A program made the translations under genes and the position numbers. From IMG/VR virus record IMGVR_UViG_3300028275_000006, positions 124,001-188,000 of that record: 64,000 bases of DNA; one strand, written 5' to 3'. The notes below the pieces were generated by a model. The model searched no databases. It was given only the letters and a program-made list of their open reading frames with translations, and was not told where the DNA came from. Below, one piece after another: positions 14,626-23,906 of the stretch (its first letter is position 1; each line of letters opens with the position of its first letter).

Positions 14626-15384
14626 TTACGCAAATATTTCTAATGCAGTACCGCATTCTGAACAGAACTTAGCGTGAGCTTTATTCTGCTTGCCGCAAGT
14701 TACGCATTTTGGTTTGGCTTTAACTGTCACTGCCTTTTCAACAGGTTTGTTATCTCCCAAGTCGCCTACTAGTCTCAGCACAATATTGTGTACTGTAGAT
14801 TCTAGTGCGCCAACTGTGACATGTTGGAATGACTGAGTGGACTTGCTACCTGGAACAGTAATGCCGGTTTCATTTTTAAAACTTGCGGCACTTGCTGTTA
14901 CATTCATACTGTTAAGACTGGCATTGGTAGAGTAAGTAGCACCCATCGGGCTTGCCCAATCTCCTGTACTACCACTAATACCCCTAGTAAGAGTAGTTGA
15001 GCTCCAAGTAGGAATGTTTAGAATAGGGCGTGGAATTTCAAATTGATATTCAACACGGATTAACCCGTCTTCTAGTTTGATACCACGTGGACCATCTTCA
15101 ATTGCACTTGTGCGTTCGATAAACTTAAACTTGTTACCTTCGGAGAGATTGCCGTTTTTAATCCAACGCTCTAAGTCGACAGTCCGACCCGGGTCAATGA
15201 CCAATCCGCCAGGGACGACATTCTCTCCGTCGATAAACACATTTACGACAGCACGAGTTGTATTAAGATTTTTGAGTAAGATACTATATTCGCTAGCGAA
15301 CGGAATATAGACTGTGTCCTTGAATTCACGGAGCACTTTGCCTTTTGATTTGATAGAGGCTACTAGTTTTTGATTATACATCAT
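14626..15384 (-). CDS. hypothetical protein with C-terminal zinc ribbon
   Basis: CVTCG...FCSECG. Confidence 0.8.
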   Translation of the reverse strand: MMYNQKLVASIKSKGKVLREFKDTVYIPFASEYSILLKNLNTTRAVVNVFIDGENVVPGGLVIDPGRTVDLERWIKNGNLSEGNKFKFIERTSAIEDGPRGIKLEDGLIRVEYQFEIPRPILNIPTWSSTTLTRGISGSTGDWASPMGATYSTNASLNSMNVTASAASFKNETGITVPGSKSTQSFQHVTVGALESTVHNIVLRLVGDLGDNKPVEKAVTVKAKPKCVTCGKQNKAHAKFCSECGTALEIFA

Positions 15385-15463
15385 GGTTCTTCCTTTTTAC
15401 GGCGTACACTCTAAACGCCTAGTTATTAAAGAGTGTTAGTGTAGGACCACCCTACAAATTTAT

Positions 15464-15688
15464 TTATATCGGCACTTCGATCAGTTGAAAAATTCTCCAA
15501 TCTCTGCGATCAGCCACTTTTTTCTTCTTGTTCTCTTCCTGAACATACTTCAAGAAGCTCTGTGCCTGTTCCATAGTACCGTAGAAGATGTCATTACCGT
15601 AAGCATAAGTTCCTACCGAGCCGGTTTCGCCTTCCCAGTAATGTCCTACTGCGTAGTTAAACTGTTTTGCTTGTTTCTTCTTTGCCAT
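15464..15688 (-). CDS. hypothetical protein
   Basis: ORF in tandem run. Confidence 0.6.
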   Translation of the reverse strand: MAKKKQAKQFNYAVGHYWEGETGSVGTYAYGNDIFYGTMEQAQSFLKYVQEENKKKKVADRRDWRIFQLIEVPI

Positions 15689-15905
15689 GATTGTCTTTCA
15701 TATATGGCGGAATCTTTTCAGATTCTTCTTGTGTCATAAACCGTTGTGGTTCATGTGCCCAATGTGGCATCCATGACCAACCCCACGACTTCCAATATTT
15801 GGCAACTAAGTTATTAGCGATAAGAATACCGCCTAGGATTATCAAGAATCCTAAAACTGTTAAAACTGATCCGGCTAAAAATACTGCCGCCTGATCCATA
15901 TCCAT
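15657..15905 (-). CDS. small membrane protein
   Basis: One hydrophobic segment. Confidence 0.6.
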   Translation of the reverse strand: MDMDQAAVFLAGSVLTVLGFLIILGGILIANNLVAKYWKSWGWSWMPHWAHEPQRFMTQEESEKIPPYMKDNHGKEETSKTV

Positions 15906-15926
15906 ACTACTTCTCTTTCTTAAAAA

Positions 15927-16000
15927 TGGTGCGCTAGACAGGAATCGAACCTGCTATCGGGAGTTTAGAAGTCCCTGCCTATCCATTGAGCTTCAAGCGC
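15927..16000 (-). tRNA. Arg(TCT)-derived tRNA; best-paired register gives anticodon CTA
   Basis: 74 nt; GGGAC-TTCTAAA-CTCCC arm; A20; CCA. Confidence 0.7.
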
Positions 16001-16001
16001 A

Positions 16002-16211
16002 TTATCGTTCCCAAATTGTAGTCATGTTGAGCCAACGTGCTACGGGTTTAACTACCAGCGGAATCATTAAGCAAAGAATCCAAACCATTTGGATGTATTC
16101 TGCTTCTGTAAATTTGTAGGCAATGTTAGCAAAGCCAACTACTAGATAAATGGCGGACAGCCAAAAGAGGTAATGTCCGCCACTGCGTTGCCAAAGTAAA
16201 CGTTTTAACAT
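16002..16211 (-). CDS. small two-TM membrane protein
   Basis: Two hydrophobic segments. Confidence 0.6.
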   Translation of the reverse strand: MLKRLLWQRSGGHYLFWLSAIYLVVGFANIAYKFTEAEYIQMVWILCLMIPLVVKPVARWLNMTTIWER

Positions 16212-16212
16212 A

Positions 16213-17013
16213 TTACTTACCGTTGGTAGTAACAGTAGGAGTTACAACACCGTTGATAACCAAAGTTTGACCTTTGAAGTTGGCAATAGCATCGGGCAAC
16301 TTACGCATGGCTTCTGCTTCTGCCTCCGCCTTCAACAATGGAATTGCCATCGGATTGGCCTGCATCGATTCGTTACGTTTCTTAGCAGTAGCAACTTTGA
16401 CTTCTTCGGTCTTGTACTCGTTCTTGGCTTTGACCAATTCGTTGGCGCTGGCTACAACAGAGTCTGCAGGCACAATGTTACGAATAAGAACTTGTCCAAT
16501 TACAATAGTACCATCCAACTTTTCTTCAGCCAGTGTACGAGTAACTTGTTCTTTGATTTCAGTTTCCATTGCTTGACGTGCATCACCCATTTCCAATGCT
16601 TCATACTTACGTGCGGCTTTGTAGATAGCATTACGTGAAGCATTAAAGATGTAATTATACATCAAGTAAACATCGCCATTATGACTAGCGTGGAATGATT
16701 TATTTTTTGTATTATAAATCTCGGCCACTTGTGCTTGATTGATATTATAAGTAACCAACGCATCAAAGTCCTTCATTGTGCTATTATCTTTAGCCAATGG
16801 AGTCATGTCTTCAACTTTGACACTAATTTCCTTAGTTGGGAATGTAAGTACATCGCCGATAATAGTTTGGTTAAACGAACCAGGAAGCAATTCCTCATTC
16901 TTGACCTGCTTGTCAAAACCGACACGGAGACCAACTTCACCAGTTTCGATACGAGTACAACCCGTTGCCAAAACTGCGGCGGCAAGAATAGAGAGAGTTA
17001 AAATACGCTTCAT
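16213..17013 (-). CDS. SPFH/band 7 (prohibitin-like) lipoprotein
   Basis: Lipobox LATGC; RIETGEVGLRV SPFH start; coiled-coil tail. Confidence 0.85.
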   Translation of the reverse strand: MKRILTLSILAAAVLATGCTRIETGEVGLRVGFDKQVKNEELLPGSFNQTIIGDVLTFPTKEISVKVEDMTPLAKDNSTMKDFDALVTYNINQAQVAEIYNTKNKSFHASHNGDVYLMYNYIFNASRNAIYKAARKYEALEMGDARQAMETEIKEQVTRTLAEEKLDGTIVIGQVLIRNIVPADSVVASANELVKAKNEYKTEEVKVATAKKRNESMQANPMAIPLLKAEAEAEAMRKLPDAIANFKGQTLVINGVVTPTVTTNGK

Positions 17014-17022
17014 TGTTTTTCC

Positions 17023-17199
17023 TTAAAATAAAATTACGATTGCTGTCATCACCATTAGTGCTAACAGTGAAACAATTATACTATAGGCCAATGACTTTGT
17101 CAATGACCAACGCTCCTTGCCCTCCATTTTCCTCCAGGTAGTAATACCTAAATGGATCAGGACGGCAAGGATTGCAAAGACTAGCCAAAGTCTAATCAT
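17023..17199 (-). CDS. 58-aa two-TM protein (not in ORF track)
   Basis: MIRLWLVFAILAVL...; overlaps rIIB stop; contains consensus promoter 17075-17103. Confidence 0.6.
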   Translation of the reverse strand: MIRLWLVFAILAVLIHLGITTWRKMEGKERWSLTKSLAYSIIVSLLALMVMTAIVILF

Positions 17200-17993
17200 T
17201 GTGTTACCTTAAGAGCGGCATCGACTGCGGCCTTAACAGCGGCATCCAACTGCTCTTGTGTGTAGGCTTCATCCTGGACAGGTGCTTTGAAAGCATCGTC
17301 TGGATGTACGCCCAATTCACCAATAACTTCGTAGCGGCAAGCACGACCCTTAGACGCATTGTAGTCAGTAGGAATGCTTACAACATCACGTGGATTGATC
17401 TTAAGGATCACTGTACGTTCACCACCAAAGTGGTCCAAGTACTCACGTGAGCAGAAGTGCAGACCAGAACTACAAGTGTTTTCGGCCTTGTCGTCAACTT
17501 GGTTGCGCTCCATTTCAACAATCTGTCCAACAGAGTTATCCATTGTACCACTGTGGCAATCCTTATAGTCCTTACGAACTTTCTTGTATGCCAAGAAGTG
17601 ACCGTCATTGGTAATTGGCAAATTACCCTTTTCCAAAAACTTGTACAGTTCTGTAACAGCACGATGACTTGGGTTGCTCATCAAGTTCTCCATAAACTGA
17701 ACCATAGGCTCAATTGGGAAACCATCTTGGTACATAGAAATAATTCTATCTGCCAATGTGTTGTGGAACTCTTGTCCCTTCCAGTAGAACTTGTCTCCTT
17801 GGATAGCGATGTTACCAGCACCATATTCGAGCACAATTTTCTTTGGCTCAATTACTTCCTGTACTGTGTCCCAGTCACCTGTCTTAATTGCTTCTTTGAC
17901 TTTCTCATAGGCAATATGAGTAGAAGTAATTGTATGTGGATTGTTGTTAATTACAACAACAATATTTTTGCCTTGAATCAAATATGGAAACAT
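17196..17993 (-). CDS. rIIB: rIIB-like protein
   Basis: LPITNDGHFLAYKKV, CSSGLHF, KINPRDVVSIP, KGRACRYEV; adjacent to rIIA. Confidence 0.9.
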   Translation of the reverse strand: MFPYLIQGKNIVVVINNNPHTITSTHIAYEKVKEAIKTGDWDTVQEVIEPKKIVLEYGAGNIAIQGDKFYWKGQEFHNTLADRIISMYQDGFPIEPMVQFMENLMSNPSHRAVTELYKFLEKGNLPITNDGHFLAYKKVRKDYKDCHSGTMDNSVGQIVEMERNQVDDKAENTCSSGLHFCSREYLDHFGGERTVILKINPRDVVSIPTDYNASKGRACRYEVIGELGVHPDDAFKAPVQDEAYTQEQLDAAVKAAVDAALKVTQ

Positions 17994-17994
17994 T

Positions 17995-20157
17995 TTAAAC
18001 ACCTTTCTGTGTGTCAATCAAATTAACGTACTCAGCAACTTCATGATTTGGCGCACTACGCAAGTATGCCAACAACGGATAACGCTTACTAATGGTTGCA
18101 CATTCATCAGTAAACTTCTGCACTTGAGCTTCTGGACTAAAGGTTACACCAGGAGCATAACGATTGCACAAACGCTTCAAACTTTGTTCACTGTACTTAA
18201 TCTTTTCATAGCCCTTGAACTGTTTTACCAATTCAACATACGGACTATTTTTGTTAGTAACATTAAACATGATGCTTTCATTATACTGCAACAGGTTGAA
18301 ATTGTCAACAGCCTGCAATACCAAACTCATAACAAGTTTATTATCAATTGGCTTGCTCAAAACACTAACAATGTGCTCTTCAATGTTGACCCAATTCTTT
18401 TGAGTCTTAATAAACTCAATGTCGCCTTTACGCACACCGTAGATTGTAGTCTTCAAACCAGTTAAACCACAGTCTTTCAAATCGTTGTAAAACTCTTTGA
18501 CGTTGCTCATACCATACTTACTTTGAACTTCAAAACCGCTCAAAGGCAAGTAGTAGTAAGTAGTAGCATCATCAAAACTGTCAGCCTTACCAGCATCACG
18601 CCAAACCATTTCGCGTTCACGATAGTAGCCACCTGTGCCACGTTCTTGCAAACACAAGATTGTAACGTTCTTTGCCAAACCAACTTGACGTTCTTTCTTC
18701 GACAACGAACTGGCTTTTACAATACGATCCTCTGGAGGATTAGCAATAGCCTTAAAGAACGCCTTAGTGTTCATGACTTTGTCTTTGTTTAATTTATCTA
18801 AGACAAAGACTGTAGCACTATTGTCTGGCTTAGTTTCACGATAGTGGAACTTGGCACGTTCAAGGGCACCGATATTGGTATCATTAACGATAAACTGTAC
18901 ACGGTCCTCTACAGTAATGCCCCAGTAGGCAAACATATCGTAATGCCCTTGAGCGTTCTTGTTATCACTGTATTGTGTGTCAGCCTTACGGTTAGGATAT
19001 GCCTTAGTGTGCTTGGCATAGTTAAAACCTCTGATAACGATGTTGTATTTCTTAGCAAGATCTTCAACACCCATTTTGAAAGTCTTAGTACCGCCGTAAC
19101 GGCTGTCATCGAATGTAGACAGGTTAGTGTCTGCTACATACTTCTTAACCGCCGCTTGCCACAAACCATTATGATACTTCTTAGTCAAGAAGATAGCACG
19201 ATCCCACAGGTTAGGAATAGCATCTGCTTCTTTGGCTACGTGAACAGCCAACTGAGCATTTACTGCCTCTAACTTGCGCTTGATGGCATCTACAGTCTGA
19301 GGAATGTATGACAAACCTTCACGGCTTGCTTGGAAGTCTAATTCGCCAATAGCAAAGTGCATTTCCAAACCACAGTTCAACAACAGGCGCAATTCGCCCA
19401 TAGCCTGTTCTGTGTTAGGAACATCTATAGGATAGGCAATATTGCCCATGATGGCTACAGCACGACGGTGTCCGTCTGTGTATGAGTGAACGCCTGGAAT
19501 GATATCCTTAGCATCATATTCTACATCACGGAAACGGAAGTCGCTGACACCGCTGATAACTGGGCGCAGAGCAAAATAAGTGTAGACATATCGTGCTTCT
19601 TCTTGGAACTTACTAAAGTCCCAACGGTCACTGACTGAGAATTTAACTTCGACACCGTCGGGTTCGCTGGTTTGTTCTTCACCCATCTTGGCAATACTAG
19701 GCACACCTGCTTCGTTAATAAAAGCAGAGTAAACACCTTTAACGCCGTCTTTGATTGCGGTTACCGTGAAGTTATCTGTATAACTAAAAGGACTCTTAGA
19801 ACCCAAACCTAATGCGCCGATAAAATCGTTGCTGTTGGTCTTAGTACTTTCAAAGTATGTGGTATAGATGTTTGTAACTTGTTCGTGGCTCAAACCAGTA
19901 CCATAGTCACGAATACTAAACCAAGGTTCCAATTGGTTGGGCAAGTGTACATCAAAAGGAGTATCTTGTTTGCCTGCGGCAGTATGGCTATCTACTGCGT
20001 TACAACTCAGTTCACGGATGATAGCACGGATCTTGTTAGCATACAAGCCTGAACTCAAAATGTTAAATGCCTTAGCAGAGTTGCGAATACGGAACTCGCC
20101 CACTTCACTTACATTACTCAAAATTGCTTCGTTTTGCGGAGCATTGTTAATAATCAT
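17995..20157 (-). CDS. rIIA: rIIA-like protein (GHKL ATPase N-domain)
   Basis: AIIRELSCNAVDSH, IRDYGTGL, GALGLGSKS. Confidence 0.9.
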   Translation of the reverse strand: MIINNAPQNEAILSNVSEVGEFRIRNSAKAFNILSSGLYANKIRAIIRELSCNAVDSHTAAGKQDTPFDVHLPNQLEPWFSIRDYGTGLSHEQVTNIYTTYFESTKTNSNDFIGALGLGSKSPFSYTDNFTVTAIKDGVKGVYSAFINEAGVPSIAKMGEEQTSEPDGVEVKFSVSDRWDFSKFQEEARYVYTYFALRPVISGVSDFRFRDVEYDAKDIIPGVHSYTDGHRRAVAIMGNIAYPIDVPNTEQAMGELRLLLNCGLEMHFAIGELDFQASREGLSYIPQTVDAIKRKLEAVNAQLAVHVAKEADAIPNLWDRAIFLTKKYHNGLWQAAVKKYVADTNLSTFDDSRYGGTKTFKMGVEDLAKKYNIVIRGFNYAKHTKAYPNRKADTQYSDNKNAQGHYDMFAYWGITVEDRVQFIVNDTNIGALERAKFHYRETKPDNSATVFVLDKLNKDKVMNTKAFFKAIANPPEDRIVKASSLSKKERQVGLAKNVTILCLQERGTGGYYREREMVWRDAGKADSFDDATTYYYLPLSGFEVQSKYGMSNVKEFYNDLKDCGLTGLKTTIYGVRKGDIEFIKTQKNWVNIEEHIVSVLSKPIDNKLVMSLVLQAVDNFNLLQYNESIMFNVTNKNSPYVELVKQFKGYEKIKYSEQSLKRLCNRYAPGVTFSPEAQVQKFTDECATISKRYPLLAYLRSAPNHEVAEYVNLIDTQKGV

Positions 20158-20197
20158 CTTTAGCCTTTCTGCGCCTAGTTGTTTACTGTATGTGTAT

Positions 20198-20226
20198 ATT
20201 ATAGCAAATGAACTGTGGTCTGTCAA
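20198..20226 (-). promoter_or_regulatory. sigma70-type promoter for rIIA
   Basis: TTGACA-17nt-TATAAT. Confidence 0.85.
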
Positions 20227-20265
20227 CTGTCGATGAGTCCAAAATATGAACCCATCGACACAAGA

Positions 20266-20457
20266 TTAACCAATTTGATCTATGCGGGCTCTCCAATAGA
20301 TCTCATAAGTGCCTTGATTACAGGCTTCTGCGTAGGTTTCGGCCTCTTCGCGGGTAGTGAAGAATTTGGTTTCTTCTGGGCAAGGACGCTGTCCCCATCC
20401 TGCTTCGTACTCAGTTACGGTGACTTTGTACAGGGTGCTAACTCTAACTTCGGACAT
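20266..20457 (-). CDS. hypothetical protein
   Basis: RBS AAGGAG, own promoter near 20485-20513. Confidence 0.65.
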   Translation of the reverse strand: MSEVRVSTLYKVTVTEYEAGWGQRPCPEETKFFTTREEAETYAEACNQGTYEIYWRARIDQIG

Positions 20458-20552
20458 TTTGGGCTCCTTTCTTACTAGGCTTTTAGTATAAGCGATCTAG
20501 TAAGAAATGTCAATCGTAAAAAAGGTGTTGTATTTCTACAACACCCTTGCGC

Positions 20553-21632
20553 TTAAAAAGCGTCCCAGTAAGAGTAAGTCTTCTCTTTAACTTTGGTAAG
20601 GATAAGGCTTGCACCTTCCTTGTTAGTGAACACGTACTTGGTACCATTGTCATCAATCTTCTTCAACTCGTCCGGAGTGAATCGGATACCCTGCCAATCC
20701 CAATCTTCGTCACCAGTTTCTTCGTCACGTTCAATAACCTTGTAAGAAATGTTGACATTCTTGTTAAGAGGATTGCCTTCCCATTCCTTGTCTTCAAAAT
20801 TGTTTTCTTTGACTTCTTCGCCATTGATAACCAACTTGATTGCATAACGAGAAGTCGAACCGTATTCTGGTTTGGCATTCAGCATAGTCATTGCTTCCTG
20901 CGGAGTTTCGTCGAAACGATTCATTTCTTCAACCAATGCCTTCAGCATGTCAAAGTTGAATTGGTCAAACGTACCAGCAATACCTACAATCTTTTCAATG
21001 TGTTCTTTGTTTTGAAGATTGTCCATGCAGTATTCACGAATGAAGTCTGCATCCAAGCCCTTATACTCAAGGCTGTAATAAACACGACCAGGACGATTAC
21101 GCATATGGCTATTAACACGCCATTTGTCGTTACAAGTAAGCACAAACAACTTTTTGGTTGGGTACACACCGTCCAGCAGAGTCAGCATCTGTTCTTGCTC
21201 GTGTTCATCATAGACTTTTTCAAATTCATCAAACACTACAATTACAGGTTGTTCAATACTTTGAATGAACGCATTGAATTGGTCTCCACACCAAGGAGCA
21301 TTGATTACAATAGTAGGAATACCTTTGTCATATCCCTTGACAGAAAGCATCTTAGCCAATAGTGTTTTGCCAGAACCTTTTTCACCAGTAAGCATTACGC
21401 CAGTAGTACTGGGACGATCCTCAAACGCATAAAGAATACGGTCGGCACGTTTGTTTGTATCGCCGTAAATCTTGCCTTTGATTTCGAACTTGTCAATTGT
21501 TTCAAGAAACAACTGCCCAGACATCTCGTCCTTTTTAACGACATAGTTACCAGCCGGCAACTTCTCTTGAATATCAAGTGCTTCTTTTTTGGATACTCGG
21601 TAAGTGCTACCTTGCTTTAGGAAATAGGTCAT
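20553..21632 (-). CDS. AAA+ ATPase
   Basis: Walker A GEKGSGKT, Walker B VVFDEFEK, NRPGR; promoter 21669-21697. Confidence 0.9.
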   Translation of the reverse strand: MTYFLKQGSTYRVSKKEALDIQEKLPAGNYVVKKDEMSGQLFLETIDKFEIKGKIYGDTNKRADRILYAFEDRPSTTGVMLTGEKGSGKTLLAKMLSVKGYDKGIPTIVINAPWCGDQFNAFIQSIEQPVIVVFDEFEKVYDEHEQEQMLTLLDGVYPTKKLFVLTCNDKWRVNSHMRNRPGRVYYSLEYKGLDADFIREYCMDNLQNKEHIEKIVGIAGTFDQFNFDMLKALVEEMNRFDETPQEAMTMLNAKPEYGSTSRYAIKLVINGEEVKENNFEDKEWEGNPLNKNVNISYKVIERDEETGDEDWDWQGIRFTPDELKKIDDNGTKYVFTNKEGASLILTKVKEKTYSYWDAF

Positions 21633-21712
21633 GTGATCTTTCTATGAAATAAAACTGCGATACTGTGTATTATAGGCTCGGACAGGGCATCTGTCAATGT
21701 GTTTGGTAAAAT

Positions 21713-21735
21713 AAAAAAGGGCCCGAAGGCCCTTT
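21713..21735 (-). terminator. terminator after tmRNA
   Basis: AAAGGGCC-TTCG-GGCCC hairpin followed by T6. Confidence 0.8.
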
Positions 21736-21739
21736 GGTT

Positions 21740-22066
21740 GTTTGGGTTACAAGGTAAGTCCTACCCCGGAGTTGCAGTTTCTTAGGCTGCTACTAGACCA
21801 TTGTCGGCTGTGAAGCCTTCAACAGTGAAGTACTCAAATGTAGATGCGTTTGCATTTACTAGTTTTGCTTGATTTACGGTCATCGCCTACCGTGTTGCCG
21901 TCTCTACTATCTACCCCTGTCGAAACCATGGCAGGCCCATCATAAAAACACAATACCAAAGTAAATTTACAATGAATACCAAAGTAAATTTATGTCCTTA
22001 TGGTGGACCTGGCGGGAGTCGAACCCGCGTCCAGAAGTCCTTCGCTTTGAAGGGATTACAACAATT
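21740..22066 (-). ncRNA. ssrA: circularly permuted (two-piece) tmRNA
   Basis: Acceptor piece ending GGTTCGACTCCCGCCAGGTCCACCA (22001) precedes coding piece starting GGGCCTG (21938); G3:U70; tag frame 21782-21853 ANASTFEYFTVEGFTADNGLVAA*. Confidence 0.9.
21952..21992. repeat. 18-nt tandem direct repeat in tmRNA intervening segment
   Basis: AATACCAAAGTAAATTTA at 21952-21969 and 21975-21992. Confidence 0.9.
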
Positions 22067-22068
22067 CT

Positions 22069-22647
22069 TTAAACGCCTGCCTTTGCTAATGTGCCAAATA
22101 TCCAAGGTTTTGGATCTAAGTCAATTGTCCAAGATGTCGGTTCATTTCTCATATCTTTTTTGTACACAATATTTATTTGGTCGTGTGTTAGTTTGACTAA
22201 GAAGCCGTCTGTTAATTGTTTTAGATTAGCCTTAACTGTTGCGTAATCTACAAAGGCAACAGCGAATGTTCCTTTAATTTGGACTATCATTAAATGATTA
22301 AAAACTTTGTCTAGTGTAGTTCTTTGATTCTTACTTTCGTAAACATTTTTTAATTTAAGACTGATTGTCTTTTTAGGAGTTCCTGACTTTGCGTAGAACA
22401 AAGGTTCGTTGCCAGTTTTAACTTCTACGTCGCCATTGGTCCAATCGGTAAATTTTATATCGTAATCGCGAACGTCAGTCCACTCGATGTTCTTTTTATG
22501 ATTAGATAATTGCATTGCCGCAATAATGAATTTTTCTTTCATCATTCGATTTGTGGATTCATTTAATACTGTCTGATGACAGATGTTATTACAAGCATCT
22601 GAAAACTTGTCAATATCTACCCAATCTAAAAATTCATTGTACTGCAT
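22069..22647 (-). CDS. hypothetical protein, possible PD-(D/E)xK nuclease fold
   Basis: AT-rich; D..GDVEVKT motif. Confidence 0.55.
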   Translation of the reverse strand: MQYNEFLDWVDIDKFSDACNNICHQTVLNESTNRMMKEKFIIAAMQLSNHKKNIEWTDVRDYDIKFTDWTNGDVEVKTGNEPLFYAKSGTPKKTISLKLKNVYESKNQRTTLDKVFNHLMIVQIKGTFAVAFVDYATVKANLKQLTDGFLVKLTHDQINIVYKKDMRNEPTSWTIDLDPKPWIFGTLAKAGV

Positions 22648-22649
22648 TG

Positions 22650-22745
22650 TTATTCGCCATCTGGAAATTTATCGTGCCAGTCCATGATCCACCAAATGAC
22701 CCAACCGACCACTGCGGCGATAATTAACCAGAACAGCAACGTCAT
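22650..22745 (-). CDS. 31-aa membrane micro-protein
   Basis: MTLLFWLIIAAVVGWVIWWIMDWHDKFPDGE, coupled to upstream stop. Confidence 0.5.
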   Translation of the reverse strand: MTLLFWLIIAAVVGWVIWWIMDWHDKFPDGE

Positions 22746-22927
22746 AATAAATCTAAGTCCTTCTTAAATTTTTCAATTTCATCTTTAAGATGTAATTTTT
22801 CTTTTTTAAGATTACTTACTGCTTTGTCGTCTTGGTATCTATTAAACTCTTCTTGAATTAAACGATCCAATTCGTCGTGCTTCTTTTGTAAATGCTTAAT
22901 GTGGTGTTGAATTTTTTCACGATCCAT
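22742..22927 (-). CDS. DUF465/YdcH-like coiled-coil protein
   Basis: HDELD..I and LKKEKLHLKDEI pattern. Confidence 0.7.
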   Translation of the reverse strand: MDREKIQHHIKHLQKKHDELDRLIQEEFNRYQDDKAVSNLKKEKLHLKDEIEKFKKDLDLL

Positions 22928-23126
22928 TGCTACTCCTATTCATTGCATTTCTAATTATATCAAGTTCGCTTTTTAAACGACTGCGTTCTCGATTTATATA
23001 CTCAACGCTTTCCTGTAACAGTCGAACCTGCTCTTGAAGTTGTCGAACCTGTTGCTCCAGCGGAAGAAGATTTGGATCTTTTTCATGTACATGAATCTTT
23101 ACTTCTTCACTGTATGCTGGAATCAT
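22917..23126 (-). CDS. coiled-coil hypothetical protein
   Basis: Leucine-zipper-like repeats. Confidence 0.6.
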   Translation of the reverse strand: MIPAYSEEVKIHVHEKDPNLLPLEQQVRQLQEQVRLLQESVEYINRERSRLKSELDIIRNAMNRSSNGS

Positions 23127-23506
23127 TGTGCTACTTCCTCTTTTGCTGGCTCTTCTGCCGGTGCTTCTGTATTTACTTCAGGCTTAGGAGCTCTTGCTTC
23201 AAATCCACTGAGTAAGTTGGCTCTTGCAGTTTGGACTATTGTATCTAATTCTGCATCACTAACACGACCTCTAGTAAATTCTTTTAGTACATCAGCAAAG
23301 GCCGCCCCAACTACTGCGGCAATATCTGCTACTGTACCAATTGGCTTGCCTTCATTATGTTTTACTAATACTGCGGTTCTGCCATAGATGAAATGCTGAA
23401 TGTCGCGATCCAATGTTACTAGTACATCTGGTGTAGGATCGTTCATTAACTCCTTGAGCATATGAGCGAATGTTGCTACATCGCGTTTGATTTCTTTTTT
23501 ATCCAT
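23123..23506 (-). CDS. hypothetical protein
   Basis: Coupled ORF. Confidence 0.65.
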   Translation of the reverse strand: MDKKEIKRDVATFAHMLKELMNDPTPDVLVTLDRDIQHFIYGRTAVLVKHNEGKPIGTVADIAAVVGAAFADVLKEFTRGRVSDAELDTIVQTARANLLSGFEARAPKPEVNTEAPAEEPAKEEVAQ

Positions 23507-23706
23507 TACTTACCTGCGGATTCTTTACGTTCGTTCTTTACTGCGGTTACATCGTTACGAACTTCTTTACATAGTTTGGCTAACTCTTGTAAGTGCTTGC
23601 GAACACGAGTACCTGCGGCATTAACACCCTTGTCATAGAACTTTTCAAAGTCACCTTCTGCGGCTTCGATTAGTTTTGAAAAATCTTGAAATCTGTTTGT
23701 TGCCAT
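23506..23706 (-). CDS. histone H1-like Hc1-family protein
   Basis: DFEKFYDKGVNAAGTRVRKHLQEL signature; start trimmed to MATNRF with RBS. Confidence 0.75.
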   Translation of the reverse strand: MATNRFQDFSKLIEAAEGDFEKFYDKGVNAAGTRVRKHLQELAKLCKEVRNDVTAVKNERKESAGK

Positions 23707-23738
23707 AATGTTTCTCCTTGTTATTATGTTTATTACTT

Positions 23739-23906
23739 TTAGCCAACTTGGCTGGGCTTTTCTGGCCGTGTAGTACAGAATTGACACTCTGGATCCTTGC
23801 ACGGTTCTTCTAGCCACTTATTACACAACTCGCAAAAATACGCATCGTACTTGTTGCTATATTGTTTCTCACTTTCACAGACAGGACACTTATAACTTAT
23901 GTCCAT
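23739..23906 (-). CDS. 55-aa Cys-rich putative zinc-binding protein (not in ORF track)
   Basis: MDISYKCPVCESEKQYSNKYDAYFCELCNKWLEEPCKDPECQFCTTRPEKPSQVG. Confidence 0.7.
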   Translation of the reverse strand: MDISYKCPVCESEKQYSNKYDAYFCELCNKWLEEPCKDPECQFCTTRPEKPSQVG

